Below, piece by piece: positions 12,401-57,247 of a stretch of DNA of 64,000 bases. The stretch's first letter is position 1. Each line of letters begins with the position of its first letter. The DNA lies in contig JAQGDQ010000315.1 in the NCBI GenBank assembly GCA_030141605.1, positions 62,001 to 126,000 on the forward strand, written 5' to 3'. The translations under genes were made by a program, and so were the position numbers. A model generated the notes under the pieces. It was not told where the DNA came from and did not search any database. It worked only from the letters and a program-made list of their open reading frames with translations. The DNA is from Tubiluchus corallicola. Taxonomy: Eukaryota; Animalia; Priapulida.

Positions 12401-15132
12401 ATGTGAAATAACCCACAATGTGCAATGACCCACAATGTGCAATGACCCACAATGTGAAATAACCCACGTGCAATGACCCAAAACGTGCAATGTGACCTAC
12501 AATGTGTAATGACACATAATGTGCAATGACCCACAATGTGTAATGACACATAATGTGTAATAACTTACAATGTGCAATGACCCACAATGTGCAATGACCC
12601 AAAACGTGCAATGACCCAAAACGTGCGACCTACAATATGCAATGAACCACAATGTGCAATCACTCATCTTACCACTCAAGTGATCCAGTCCATCCTTCCA
12701 GTGAATGGTCTTTATTTTGCTTTTTACAAGTCTGTCTTGCTTCATTCTTTCAAGCTTGTGCGCCGTATTTGACCTGGGACGTTGTCTCAGGTCCATGCTC
12801 ATCTCAGCCGTAATGTCGTACGAAAACGCCAAATCAGAATAATTAGTGCCATTGCCATCTGAAAAAGATGTACTAATTTAACACACAAACTAATTAAAAC
12901 AAGGAGTTTTTAGTTTTTTCCCCTCTATTTTTTTCCTGCTTTATCGAAACTATTAACACAAAAAACTCTGTCATTCTTAACACAATCTGCTCTCCCGGTC
13001 GATATTTTCACCTAACTTAGAATGATTGCTTACACAATTAGAGCTGTTCGTTATCACATCAAAATGGACCTACTGATACAGATAGTGATAATTAACGTTT
13101 TTATTTCATTGGTATCATACGCAATGTACATTACCTGTCACGTTCTTAGTTAAATTGTCTGTCACTTACGGAATAGATACGCATTTAATTTCCAGGCTGA
13201 TCTATTGCTAATTTCCATTCTCAGAACTATAAATTAGTTCTGAACTATAAAATAAGAAATCCTTCATATGTACAAAATTAATGCTAGTCCTGCTTTTGTG
13301 TGCTTCGTAGATGCCAGCAAAGCTTTTGGTAGAGTAAATCATCGTCTCCCAGTTTCAAAAATTAAAGCGTATGGATTTGCCGACACCTGTACTCGAATTA
13401 CTTAAATTTTGACATGCCACGCTACACATGCAGCAGCATCAAAGTGGGGTAAATCTTTCTCTAGCCCATCTTACGTCAGTAATGGAGTTCGTCTAGGTGG
13501 TCCTCTTGCCCCGAATGTTTTCACTATATATTAATGATCTTTCAAAAAAGTAATCAACTATGAGGTCTGCCACGTGTCGTTCAGGTGGTGCCTACTGTTA
13601 TTAATCACTTATTTTATGCTGACGATCCGTGTTTAATTATTTCCTCTACACAGGTACTACAAAAATTGCTTGATTGCTGTGAAGAATATGCTAAACATGA
13701 TGATATTGTAATTAATGCTTTGAAAACGAAATCTGTGTATTTAATTCCTAATGCATTTAGGAATGCCAGATTTGCTAATGTAACTTTGCAAGGAGAACCG
13801 ATTGAACTCGAACATGAAACAAAGTATCTTGGTCTTATAATTAACGATAATTGTAAAGACGATGCTGATATTTTAAATCAATTGCGCCTTTTTTATGTTA
13901 GATTTAATATTCTTTGCAGAAATTTTAGTTTTTGCTCTGCTGATATCAATGTGTTTTGTTTAAATCTTATTGTTCAACTTTGTACTGTTCTAACCTCTGG
14001 ATCACTTTTAATTTTGGTACTATTAGAAAATTAAAAGCGGCCTTCTACTTTGCATTGACAAAGTTTTTTGCTTACTGTAGGGGAACCACAGCATCTTAAT
14101 ATGTGCTGAAAATGGCTGTAATCATTTTTAAGTGATTTTACTTTTAGTCTTCGTCAGCGAGTTTTAAATTCAAGCAATGAAATCGTATGCAGTTTTATTC
14201 ATAATACTGATATCATTTTAACTTCGCATATATTTGCCCATGGGGAATATATACTTACTAACCATTTTTACATATTTAGCTTACTAATTCCCTGTTATTC
14301 GTGTAAATAATTATTTTATTTGTCTTGTAGAAATATTTTTAATTGTGATTTTTAACTATGCTTTGTTTACTATTCTATGGTACTTTTTACGTACCGAAAT
14401 AAACGTAAAATAAAAAATATATAAAAAATTACAGTTGTAAGACTATGACTAGATAATGTGTTGCTGGCGTTCACTTATGTCTCCATCTTAGCAGCTTCAT
14501 TATCATCGTTTAAACTGGATGAATGTGGTGAAGATTTACAGCGTCTGCTCGACAAATCAGACAATCCATAATGAGTCTAATAACTAAATCACAAACTGCA
14601 CATAACTGAATAACTGGCATTAAGAGCCCCATTCTTTTAATGAGCTGAATATAATAACAGTCAAATATTTTAATATCAGTAGAAGCAAAAGGCGGATAGT
14701 CCGTGAGCACGAATTCCAATGCAAAATACAGATAAGAAAGATAAAATTAATCAGAAAAAGGAAAAAAGTATAGCAACAAAAATGTGGAAGGTATTTTACT
14801 GCTGGAAAGAGTTTCCCTGTTAGCTGTACCTGTAAGAATCCATGTGGATAACAATGATCCTTACTTTAGAAATGAAAATCATAACTCAGCTTATCACATA
14901 CATGTAAGTGACATAATACACTCTATCCAGACTGATATGCAACTTCTAAAAAATATTATAAGTTCATACCTGGTGCAGAACATGGCCCATTTCCTGTTAG
15001 GCTGCTCAGTAGTTTCTTCCTACTTGCATCTTCATGTACAATAACTAGTTCAGATAATCCAGTGTCATCTCCAGTCACAAATGAATTCTGTATATGGGAT
15101 ATTATAAAGGCTGGATTGTCAAAAAATGCCAT
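3201..15132 (-). CDS. MAPKAP1: MAPKAP1/SIN1 (mTORC2 subunit), 9 coding exons, 1560 nt = 519 aa + stop
   Basis: Exons 15132-14970, 12858-12673, 12130-11988, 10963-10794, 10192-10022, 9563-9346, 8462-8295, 5586-5446, 3400-3201 all have GT-AG boundaries and compatible phases. The protein has SIN1 hallmarks [76 protein letters not shown] (CRIM), an RBD and a C-terminal PH domain. Confidence 0.95.
3700..4570 (+). mobile_element. Degenerate non-LTR retrotransposon (LINE) RT fragment
   Basis: Decayed RT motifs ([30 protein letters not shown]) and a C-terminal [13 protein letters not shown] motif; contains stops and frameshifts. Confidence 0.75.
5446..5586 (-). CDS. MAPKAP1: SIN1 exon 8 ([11 protein letters not shown]…[21 protein letters not shown])
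   Basis: ttcttgcag| acceptor, G|GTATGT donor, phase 1-1; PH domain. Confidence 0.92.
5743..6340. mobile_element. Non-autonomous DNA element (repeat family B, Kolobok-like); other copies about 32230-32790 (inverted) and 45170-45735
   Basis: Shared blocks such as actatttttcaagaatgactta and ctgtacctctcagttcaga in three places; ends TTAA|AGGAA… and …TTCCT|TTAA suggest a TTAA target. Confidence 0.55.
6429..6582. repeat. Tandem duplication of an ~80-bp AT-rich unit (x2)
   Basis: ttttgaatgtagaaaatttaaaataatgc…gcaaaaaccat occurs twice. Confidence 0.85.
7577..8265. mobile_element. Tc1/pogo (Tigger-like) MITE
   Basis: TA|CAGTCAAACCTTGTTATA … TATAACAAGATTCGACTG|TA terminal inverted repeats with TA target duplication. 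Confidence 0.8.
8295..8462 (-). CDS. MAPKAP1: SIN1 exon 7 (…[24 protein letters not shown]), start of PH domain
   Basis: tttgcag| acceptor, G|GTAAAG donor, phase 1-1. Confidence 0.9.
8656..9310. mobile_element. Interspersed repeat family A; copies about 43875-44425 and a partial copy at 53220-53350
   Basis: Shared aagaaagggg(a)tacctcaagtaggtttcagaaaaatcgcc and a subterminal hairpin-like ctgccgacgcaag…tgcaaaaaggcag. Confidence 0.75.
9346..9563 (-). CDS. MAPKAP1: SIN1 exon 6, Ras-binding domain ([31 protein letters not shown]…FSLRREN)
   Basis: ttgcag| acceptor, A|GTAAGC donor, phase 2-1. Confidence 0.9.
10022..10192 (-). CDS. MAPKAP1: SIN1 exon 5 ([43 protein letters not shown]…)
   Basis: cttcccag| acceptor, |GTAAGT donor, phase 2-2; acidic loop of the CRIM domain. 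Confidence 0.95.
10794..10963 (-). CDS. MAPKAP1: SIN1 exon 4 ([18 protein letters not shown]…[13 protein letters not shown]…)
   Basis: aatag| acceptor, |GTAAGT donor, phase 0-2; CRIM domain. Confidence 0.92.
11600..11779 (+). mobile_element. 3' end of a LINE or SINE with a (GAT)n tail; related copy about 39740-39885
   Basis: gctgacaagccactggca…agttctgcct shared between the two sites; (TGA)7 tail here. Confidence 0.6.
11988..12130 (-). CDS. MAPKAP1: SIN1 exon 3 ([11 protein letters not shown]…[26 protein letters not shown])
   Basis: ttttag| acceptor, |GTAAGT donor, phase 1-0; resembles the SIN1 NPFNEYSKFDG segment. Confidence 0.9.
12195..12335 (+). mobile_element. RTE-like LINE fragment
   Basis: Translates [40 protein letters not shown] (RT thumb region). 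Confidence 0.75.
12336..12660. repeat. 17-bp minisatellite (AATGTGCAATGACCCAC)n, about 19 units
   Basis: Directly visible tandem array with point variants. Confidence 0.95.
12673..12858 (-). CDS. MAPKAP1: SIN1 exon 2 (…[44 protein letters not shown]…)
   Basis: tttcag| acceptor, |GTAAGA donor, phase 1-1; contains the T86-type motif. Confidence 0.93.
13260..14405 (+). mobile_element. Degenerate LINE (RT plus 3' end)
   Basis: [23 protein letters not shown] and TKYLG motifs with frameshifts; ends in aataaa plus an A-rich tail. Confidence 0.8.
14970..15132 (-). CDS. MAPKAP1: SIN1 coding exon 1 ([35 protein letters not shown]...)
   Basis: ATG at 15132-15130; donor G|GTATG; upstream acceptor puts the exon start at 15175; matches the SIN1 N-terminus. 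Confidence 0.93.
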
Positions 15133-15339
15133 CTTTCACTACATGGTCCACATCAGTATGATACGGTCAAGCATTCTGTTTGAAAACAGTGAATACCAAA
15201 AATTTAATAAATGTTCTGAACTTATAATTAAGACGGCAGTGGCACCATGTATTACAGGTGCATGACATCTACTATAGGCCTAACATACTACACGCTACAT
15301 GACATATATTATAGGCTGACTTTAGTTCCTGACAAGTAT

Positions 15340-16200
15340 AATTGAAAATTCATTTGTCATTCGTGAGGAATCTTCGGGGAAATGGCTTCATAATGTGCCC
15401 ACCTAAAGGAAAACTGTCTCCCATGAAAATGTATGGTAAAACCACATCTGTATTCAGGACATTCAATGGCAAAGGAATGTTTAGCTTCTCAGATGACAAA
15501 GATTGCCAAAATTGATAGTTTACCGCATGACCCAACATCTATGATAAGAAATTTTCCTTTAGCATTTACATCTGCCAAAAGAACAATTGGTGTTGGCAAT
15601 AATGACAATGACAATTAAACTTTATAATTATAATAAATAATTTATTACGGTTAATGTTCAAAAAAGCAACAGGGATACCTCAGAAAATACTTTATGAGAC
15701 ACTACAAGATCATGAAACAAACAAAATCTGGTCAGGCAGTGAGCAAAACGAAAAAATGTTCATTGTTTGATGCAATGACATTTTTAATTCTTTATATCCA
15801 GCAGTAGTAAACTGACAGGAACCTCGATAATGGTGATTCTACGTGTGAGTCTCAAGAAGACAGCATGTCGCAACAGTCGAGGGCAGTTCCCCAGTACCTT
15901 CACCCATGGCTTGTGTTGCAGCCATCTGAACCTTCCAGTACTGTTGCACAAAATGCACTAAAGCGAAATTTTGGCAAATTACACTAGCAGACAAACTCAG
16001 ACAATAGACATGGAGATAATTGAAGCCATAAAACAATTAGAAAGTGTAAGTCCTGTCACGGCTGATGAAAACGAGCTTTCTTTATGGAGCTTAGAGCCAA
16101 TAACGCAGTAACTTAATCCCATAAAACCTTGCAGTTTCATATTGAGGTTTAGCAGCTTCTTTTGCATTATGTAAAAGAAGAGAAAAGGTGTTAATGAAAC
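15340..16200. mobile_element. PIF/Harbinger transposon remnant (transposase fragment on -, MADF/BESS-like partner fragment on +)
   Basis: Minus strand IVLLADVNAKGKFLIIDVG and LNIPLP…LPYIFMGDSFPL..HIMKPFP (DDE_Tnp_4-like); plus strand KTKSGQAV…LFDAMTFL and DENELSLWSLEP. Confidence 0.6.
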
Positions 16201-17259
16201 AGAATATGGTGGTGGCTATTATTAGTCTAAACATGTTGGCCTGAGAGCATGTATGTATGCAAAGTAAAAGTAGTGGCTATTGCAATGGCACTACTTTCAT
16301 GCAGTAATTGCAACGGCAGCAGCACTACTTTTGGCAACGTTTGGCAACTGTATGTGATACTGCATTTGAAAAGTAACTGACCCAACATTGTTAATAATTA
16401 CAACTAGATAAATTAACTATATACAGTACAGTATACGTATATTAATAATTACGAAGATTTGAAATAATAACTTCATGCACAGGTACAGTTAACTAATTGA
16501 TAGTCTTGTTTACATAAGGTAACAATGAGGCACTGTTCTGGTGCAATACAATCCGAAAAATTTGTTCTATTTCTTAAGATGTTCAGAACACAAGTAAAAT
16601 TTGGAAAGTTGCAGGTTGCATTCTCAAATAACTTAGGCACTTTTCTTCATCCATTATGACTTATTGCAATAAATGCTGATATTCACTTAGGTGTTCACAG
16701 TGGACATGGTTTTTTAAAAGCTGGACAAGCCCAAAAATGATATTGTTGGCATTGTCGTTTCCCTTACTGCCTACTTGCTCACAGTGAAATAAAAATCTTC
16801 TTTCTTCTAGAAAGTCCCATGTCTAGAATTTCGAGCCAAATTTTTTCCACACATCTGACGTATTGTTTGGCATGATTATGGACGCAAAGGTAACAATATT
16901 TAGCAGAGTGAAAAGTCTGTGTGTATGCATGTCTGTGCAGACATACTAGAAATACACCCTGATGCATACAGTACCAAAAATGTACTACAATAGGAAAGAT
17001 GCATAAAAGATGAAATTCAAGACAAATAAAGCGTACGTTGTATATAGATTTGTACTGTTAATTGATGCAATAGCTTAAAAAAGGAAAGCTAAGGCATCAT
17101 TTAAAATAATTCTCTATATAAATGACCCTTAATAGTAGGCCTGGCATGTTAGTATTAATACATTAATTTTAATAGTTAAAAGTGGAATCATTAGTTATGT
17201 AAACATAGATTAATTATTATATGTATAGATTTGTAACTATGGTTTATATCTTCATCATC

Positions 17260-17690
17260 AGGGAAGAGCAAAAACCACTACTCTTCACCCATTAATTACT
17301 GCCCAAAACAAAATAGTCAAATGTATGACTTTTTCAGCCTACAGGGATCGAGCTACGCCTACATACAAATATCTGAAGCTACTAAAGCTAGATGATATAT
17401 ACAACTTGGAATTACTCAAGTTTATGTTTAATTACAAACAGGGCATTTTACCTACTCTATATACAAATTATTTCCAAAAGGTTAGCAATATTCATACTTA
17501 TGAAACTCGAGCAGCAACAAGTGGTTTTTATTACCAGGCCCGATATAAAACATCATTTGGCTTAAACACACTGCAACATAATGGAGTCAAACTTTGGAAC
17601 GCCTTAATACTTCAATAACCACCTGCACATCTTTATTACAAATAAGTAAAAGGTACAAAAAGCATCTAATTGAAAACTACATTTAGTATA
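17260..17690 (+). mobile_element. 3' fragment of a CR1/L2-group LINE ORF2
   Basis: TPTYKYLKLLKLDDIYNLELLKFMF…HTYETR…GVKLWNAL, similar to the C-terminus of the LINE at 36052-36743. Confidence 0.8.
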
Positions 17691-18029
17691 CTGGAGTTAA
17701 ATTTAATTGAACTGGAAAATAACATGATGATATTGCTTAAAATTGTATTTTTTGTACAGTACGAAGTGCTTATAAATTGATCACTTTTTTATTTATTCTT
17801 TGTGTTGTTTAGAAAGACATTACATCTAAAAAATCAAGTGAATTTAAATGAATTGTCTTTGTCGAAGGCATGTAGAAATCTTTTGAACTGTAAGTACCCG
17901 TATTCAGAAAGTTTTATTTATTGCATGAACATATTCGGTTACTCTGCTTTGCCTCTAGATTGAATGTTGCATCACAAAAATTCTGCTCGCCTCATTATAT
18001 ATTTTGTTCTAGCCTTGTTTTGATTTTTT

Positions 18030-18570
18030 TAGTTTCGCCTTGCGCTGATTTTTTGTTACTGTTGCTTGATACATGTTTTGCTTTAAACTGAATTCTGTTT
18101 TTGCTCTTGAGTTTGATTTTGTTGCTTTTGTGTGATATAAATTTTGCCCTAAGTCAATCCTGTTTTGCTTTGCTTGTGATAATTTCTTTTGTTTTCAGTT
18201 GAATTGCGTTTGCTTTATAAAATTTTCGCTTTGAGTTTGATTTTATTGCTTTTGTGTGATATAATTTTTGCCCTAAGCTGAATTCTGTTTTACTTTGGTT
18301 TTGACAAATTCTTTTACCTTCAGTTGAATTGTGTCTGCTTTATAAAATTTTCGCTTTGAGCTTCATTTTGTTTGATATAATTTTTTGCTACAAGTTAAAT
18401 TCCATTTTGTATTGCTTGTGATAACTTCCTTTTATTCTGAGTGGAATTGCATTTTTGCTTTGAGTAGCTTTTGTTTGATATTGTTTTTTGCTCTACATTG
18501 AATTTCATTAATTTTTTGCTTGATGTTATGCCTTGTTATGCTTTGAATTGCATTTCTGCATTGAGTTGAT
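18030..18570. repeat. Degenerate T-rich tandem repeat with ~124-bp periodicity
   Basis: gagtttgatttt…tgtgtgatata recurs near 18110, 18233 and 18358. Confidence 0.7.
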
Positions 18571-18889
18571 TTTTGTTGCTTTTGCCTTTTATATAAAAAC
18601 AAACACCTAAAAAATGTCATGAGCCTGTGAGTAAACTTGTATTTTTAATAAGGGGCAGCTGACCAAGTGACCAATAGGTCTTTCGTTGTTCCTTCTCAGC
18701 TGCAATGAAATGTAAAAATAATTATGACGAATTTTAACTGCTATTGAGAAAATAAAATAGAATTGAATTTTCGCAATAATTACATTAATTAAAGCTAAAT
18801 TGTTGTTCCAAATTACAATGTTGCAAGGTGGCTGCATGAAATCCGAAGTTATTAGGCCAAGGCAATAGGCAACAGTATAGCAAACTCAC

Positions 18890-19329
18890 AACACAAGTTT
18901 TTAGAGTCAAAGTTGATCAGAGCGATCATATTTGCCGCGTCTCATTTTATAACATTTCTTTTTATACAATCTATAAAACAGCAAGCGCCTCAGTAATGGC
19001 TATTGACGATAAATTTTAAAAACAAACTGAGTTAACATCAATATTTGACATAACAGTGCGCCGACATGTTGGACATGCGCATTGCTTAAAGCTTGAAAAG
19101 GCGTGACTAATAATAGTGAGTCATGCGTTCCTTTAAAAATTATTTGCGGGCGCGTTGAGACGACAAAGAACGCGATATTTTGATTGGTTAATGCTTATGC
19201 TAAGTAGATAGACGACTAACAGGGTCAGCCATGTTGGAGAGAGTGTTTCTGTTGTGATTGATGTTCAACCCACCGAATCTTACGCCTGTCCATCACTTCC
19301 ATGAAGAGACTGTCAGTCAGAACTAAAGG
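18890..19329. promoter_or_regulatory. Putative bidirectional promoter with non-coding first exons of MAPKAP1 (-) and Pbx (+)
   Basis: Locally CpG-rich; minus-strand donor GTGAGT at 18889-18884 and plus-strand donor GTATGT at 19330; CCAAT box (ATTGG 19183-19187), TGAGTCA, TGCGCAT and a YY1-like CAACATGGC(T) on -. Confidence 0.6.
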
Positions 19330-19884
19330 GTATGTTATGTTGACCTAGTGATTAGTCCGTTAAAGCGTGTAACGTTTTAATTACATCTTAAATATGCAAA
19401 ATAATTCAGTTGCATACTTTTAATTAGTCGCGTAAAATTTGATTGGATAACGTCTAATCTACTCTATCACTATTGTCATTGCACGGACGTATCTTGGTTA
19501 TTCTAAAGTTATCATGTTCTAACGGTTTTACTGTTTATCACATTATTAACTCATTTATAAATAATAATATTTGAATCGCAGTATTACTTTATTTTCTCTT
19601 CGCATTAAAAATGGCAAAATTACCAAAAAACTGCTTTCTGAATGTCGTGTGGCACATTTACACTTTCTTGTAGATGTAGACATTGTTCATTGTTTCTATG
19701 GTATCCACACTGTCTGATTCAGATAGGCACTAGACACTTTCCGAGACAGGAATTTTATTGAGACAAGTATTATTGCGGGGTCAAATTAATTGTAACAATT
19801 TATAGTTTATTGTGTTACACAGTGGTCGCTTTTGCATTTTTACTTTTATTTCAGGGTTCTGATGTGGATTTGGTCTTTGCACAA

Positions 19885-53799
<33,915 letters not shown>

Positions 53800-55313
53800 A
53801 CATGTTTTCGTTAGTTTGTTGTAATTCAACGTGTTGTTTGCATTCGTACTTAATAAATACAGTAATACCCTGACAGACAGGGCAGCCAGAAAACACAACA
53901 AGAGTAGCAAAAATACAAGGAAAGTTACAAAAGATGGGCAAAAATAGTTGACTTCTTTGAACGAGTGCAATCGTAATTGCAGTGTCCCGGCGTAGTATTC
54001 AACACATTGGCTTGCTTATAAAAACTGCAGCTTATTCAATTTCCACGTTAAATGCGTTGCATTTGTATGCACACTTTGACTTCTTGTTCCTCGATTGTTT
54101 CTACAAATCGCTGTAGTTCATAGAGTAAGTCTAGTTTTATTGGTATCATTATTTACATTAATCATTTTCCTTAAAGTCGTTATCATACTTTTATCGATTT
54201 TTTTTATTTGTAGTGATTTTTTTTGCATCAATATTCTCCTGATAATTTCTTTAAAAATGGAATGTAAATACTGTAGCTATCGGATGTTTTTTAGTCTGTC
54301 ACCTGTATTTTTTAATGATCGTTTCTCAGATCAACTGGCTTATATTATTTATTAATACTTTGATTTGTTGGGTGAATTGGGTGGAAAAGACATACAATTG
54401 CAATGAAACAATACATCAGAAAAAAGATGTATATATTACAGAGCCAAGTCATCTGTATATCAGAGCTTAAAATTGTACATCAGCTACTGTGATGTGCATG
54501 ACACGTTCCAGTTGAATTCTCAATTGAAAGCAGCCTAGTATTGGTTTTGCCTATTTGCAGGTGCTGCCTAATGTTCCAGGATTTGTCAAATGTAGACAAT
54601 ATCATGCTGTCTTCTTATGTACAACACAAAACAGTGCGTTATTGGTGCATTTGTGTACGATATTATTACTATGTAACACGTGTAACTATGTTATGATTTG
54701 CATGTTTAGATGGATACATTCTGAGTAATAATAACTCTTAGATTTTATGATCACTGTTGTTTATTATACTGTAGACAATTAATTAGCAAGTTCGTGTACA
54801 GATAAGATAGTTTTATTCAATTTACACCATTCGTTATTTTAACAGCATCAATTTATATTATACTTGTACGTTGTTGTTCTCATTAATTTGTTGTGCTTAA
54901 TGTTGAAAATGTTGTGCATGATTAACTTGGCCCTATAGCGATCATTTGAGCGTCTGTATTCTTGTAACTTATGCTGCCAGTTTTAGTGAATTCTTTGATT
55001 GTAAAAACATAACGTATGAAGTTTCGGTATGGACACTTCATCTAATGTCTATGAAGGGCATGTGTATGTACAACATTATTTGGAACTAATTCGGTATAGT
55101 ACCACCGTCATCATTTGTACATCATTCGCCACTGTCTGTCCCCGGCAACCACAGCGCTTTTTAAAAGTTTTTCCCAGAATGCTGCAGAGCACTAGTTTCA
55201 TTGTACAAAGAAAACGAGTGATTTACTACTTTCTGTCTGTTTCCACACAATCTTTATCACATTGATGCAACTTGCTAAAATTCTTCATACAGCATGAAGG
55301 TATTTTCAAAATG

Positions 55314-55412
55314 CAGTACGCTATTACCACACATTACTTCAAAATACTGTATACTATTACCACACAATACTTCAAAATACAGTACACTATTACCACACGT
55401 TACTTCAAAATA
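55314..55412. repeat. 33-bp tandem repeat x3 (CAGTACACTATTACCACACNTTACTTCAAAATA)
   Basis: Directly visible. Confidence 0.9.
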
Positions 55413-57247
55413 CGGCACATAAACGAAATTGCTCTCATTCAAGCAAGTCGTGGACTTATCTTTAGTAAAAATTAATGTAATTCATGTAAGTTTATCAGAT
55501 GCCATTGTCCAGTTTTCTTTATAAAGCCACACTTTACAGAAAAACTGATGTTTTAAGCCCATTTGGCATACCGGACATGCTGCTATCTGTTGTGTAATTA
55601 CAAAATTATCATGTGAGATTTAGTCATTAAAGTTGCATCAATGTTTGTTTGATTAGTGATCAATTAAAGTTGAATTAGCCTCCATTCTTATCGCAAAGTA
55701 TATCTGAAGTAACTACTGTACGAACTAAATGCTTTGTTTTCTTAAATCAATTGCAGAATTTAATATTTGAAGTAACTAATATACAAACTGAATCTTTTTT
55801 CTTAGATCTATTAAATTGTTTATATTGCTGAATTCAATAGCTTGTTCAGTGCCAATTGTAAAAAAAGTACTGTGAATGCATTATGCTAGATTGAGTATAT
55901 TCGTATAATGAGAGAAATGTTGCCTTTTAAACTGACGTTTTCCGGATCAGTCCTAAAAATTAATTTCTCATTTATGTAATGTTATCATTGTACTTGTACA
56001 AACCATTGTGGCATTATTGTCAGTATAGACTGTCCATAAACAAGTGTAATAACGTTTCCACTTTAATTTAGTCAAACCTAACCAATTTATCCCATTGTTG
56101 TGTAATAAAAAGGTGGTGACGTGAACCAAAAATAACTGTGTTGGAAATCTTTCGGCATTTAGTTACACGTTTTACTGGTAAATGTCTCCTTTATTTCAAA
56201 AACAAGAGTACAACATTTCAATAAAACTTTACTTTTTACAATTTCATTCTATTTAAGGATTTCAAGGTATTTACAAAAGATTGACAAGCGAATTGTCTAT
56301 AATGTTATATTATAGCATTTAACTAAAAAAATTCTTGGGTGTTTGCTTTAACAAGGAGGGATTGTATTGTTGCAAGGATGCCTCCTGGAAGCATTTAATT
56401 ACACTTGCCAAGCAAAGAAAAACGGGCTAGCATCATCTACAATTAAACACACATAAAAGCAATCATCTCCGTCAAGCTATTCCATATGCTGTCTTTTTAC
56501 GTGCATTTTTGGTAGCTACAACATGAATGCAGTTTGCATTAACTGCCTAACAGAGTCAGAAAACTGGACCGAGTCTGCACTCCGAGTTATGTAGCATTGG
56601 ATTCAGCCGAATCGGGTACAATGTATATTACTGGATTACAGTTACACCTCTATTCAAGCAAGTCGTGGACTTGTCTTTAGTAAAAATTAAATGCATCAGA
56701 AAATAACAGAGTATGACTTCAAGAATTGTTTATTGGACATAATACTTCAAGATTATGCTTGTCTCTTCGTCGGTGTAAAACAAGAATTCAATTACAGAAT
56801 AAGATCTAAAAAAGATTACTGCACTTGTTTGCTTTCGAAAAATTTGTGCTGTTACGAATAGCTTAGATTTTCTTTCTATTGTACGAAATTTTGCGCAAAA
56901 AGGTTAATAAATATTGGAAATTATTTTATCTCTTTATAATTAGTTATTTTCTACCGTCAGAGAACTCTTCGAAAACCTGATCAAGAAACAGAAATATGTC
57001 TCCAAATATTATGTTCAATAAGCAATGTTTTAAGCCACATGCCCTAGTCACTTATTTTAGGAATGACTTGAATAGTATTAAAATGCCTAACTAATTTGTT
57101 TAGAATAGTCAATTAATCAACAAATAGTCAACAAAACTTATAGCACTTGTGCTGTTAAACATGTCTGCCCATTCTCAATGTACATGTTACGTATTCATAA
57201 CATACTGTTGTCAAACTGCGTTGAAATGTTGATTGCGTTGGCGTTTG

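Noticed and set aside
12295-12660. Cys/His-rich ORFs and a CRISPR-like periodicity
   Set aside because: They are translations of a 17-bp minisatellite; there are no unique spacers or cas genes, and the context is eukaryotic
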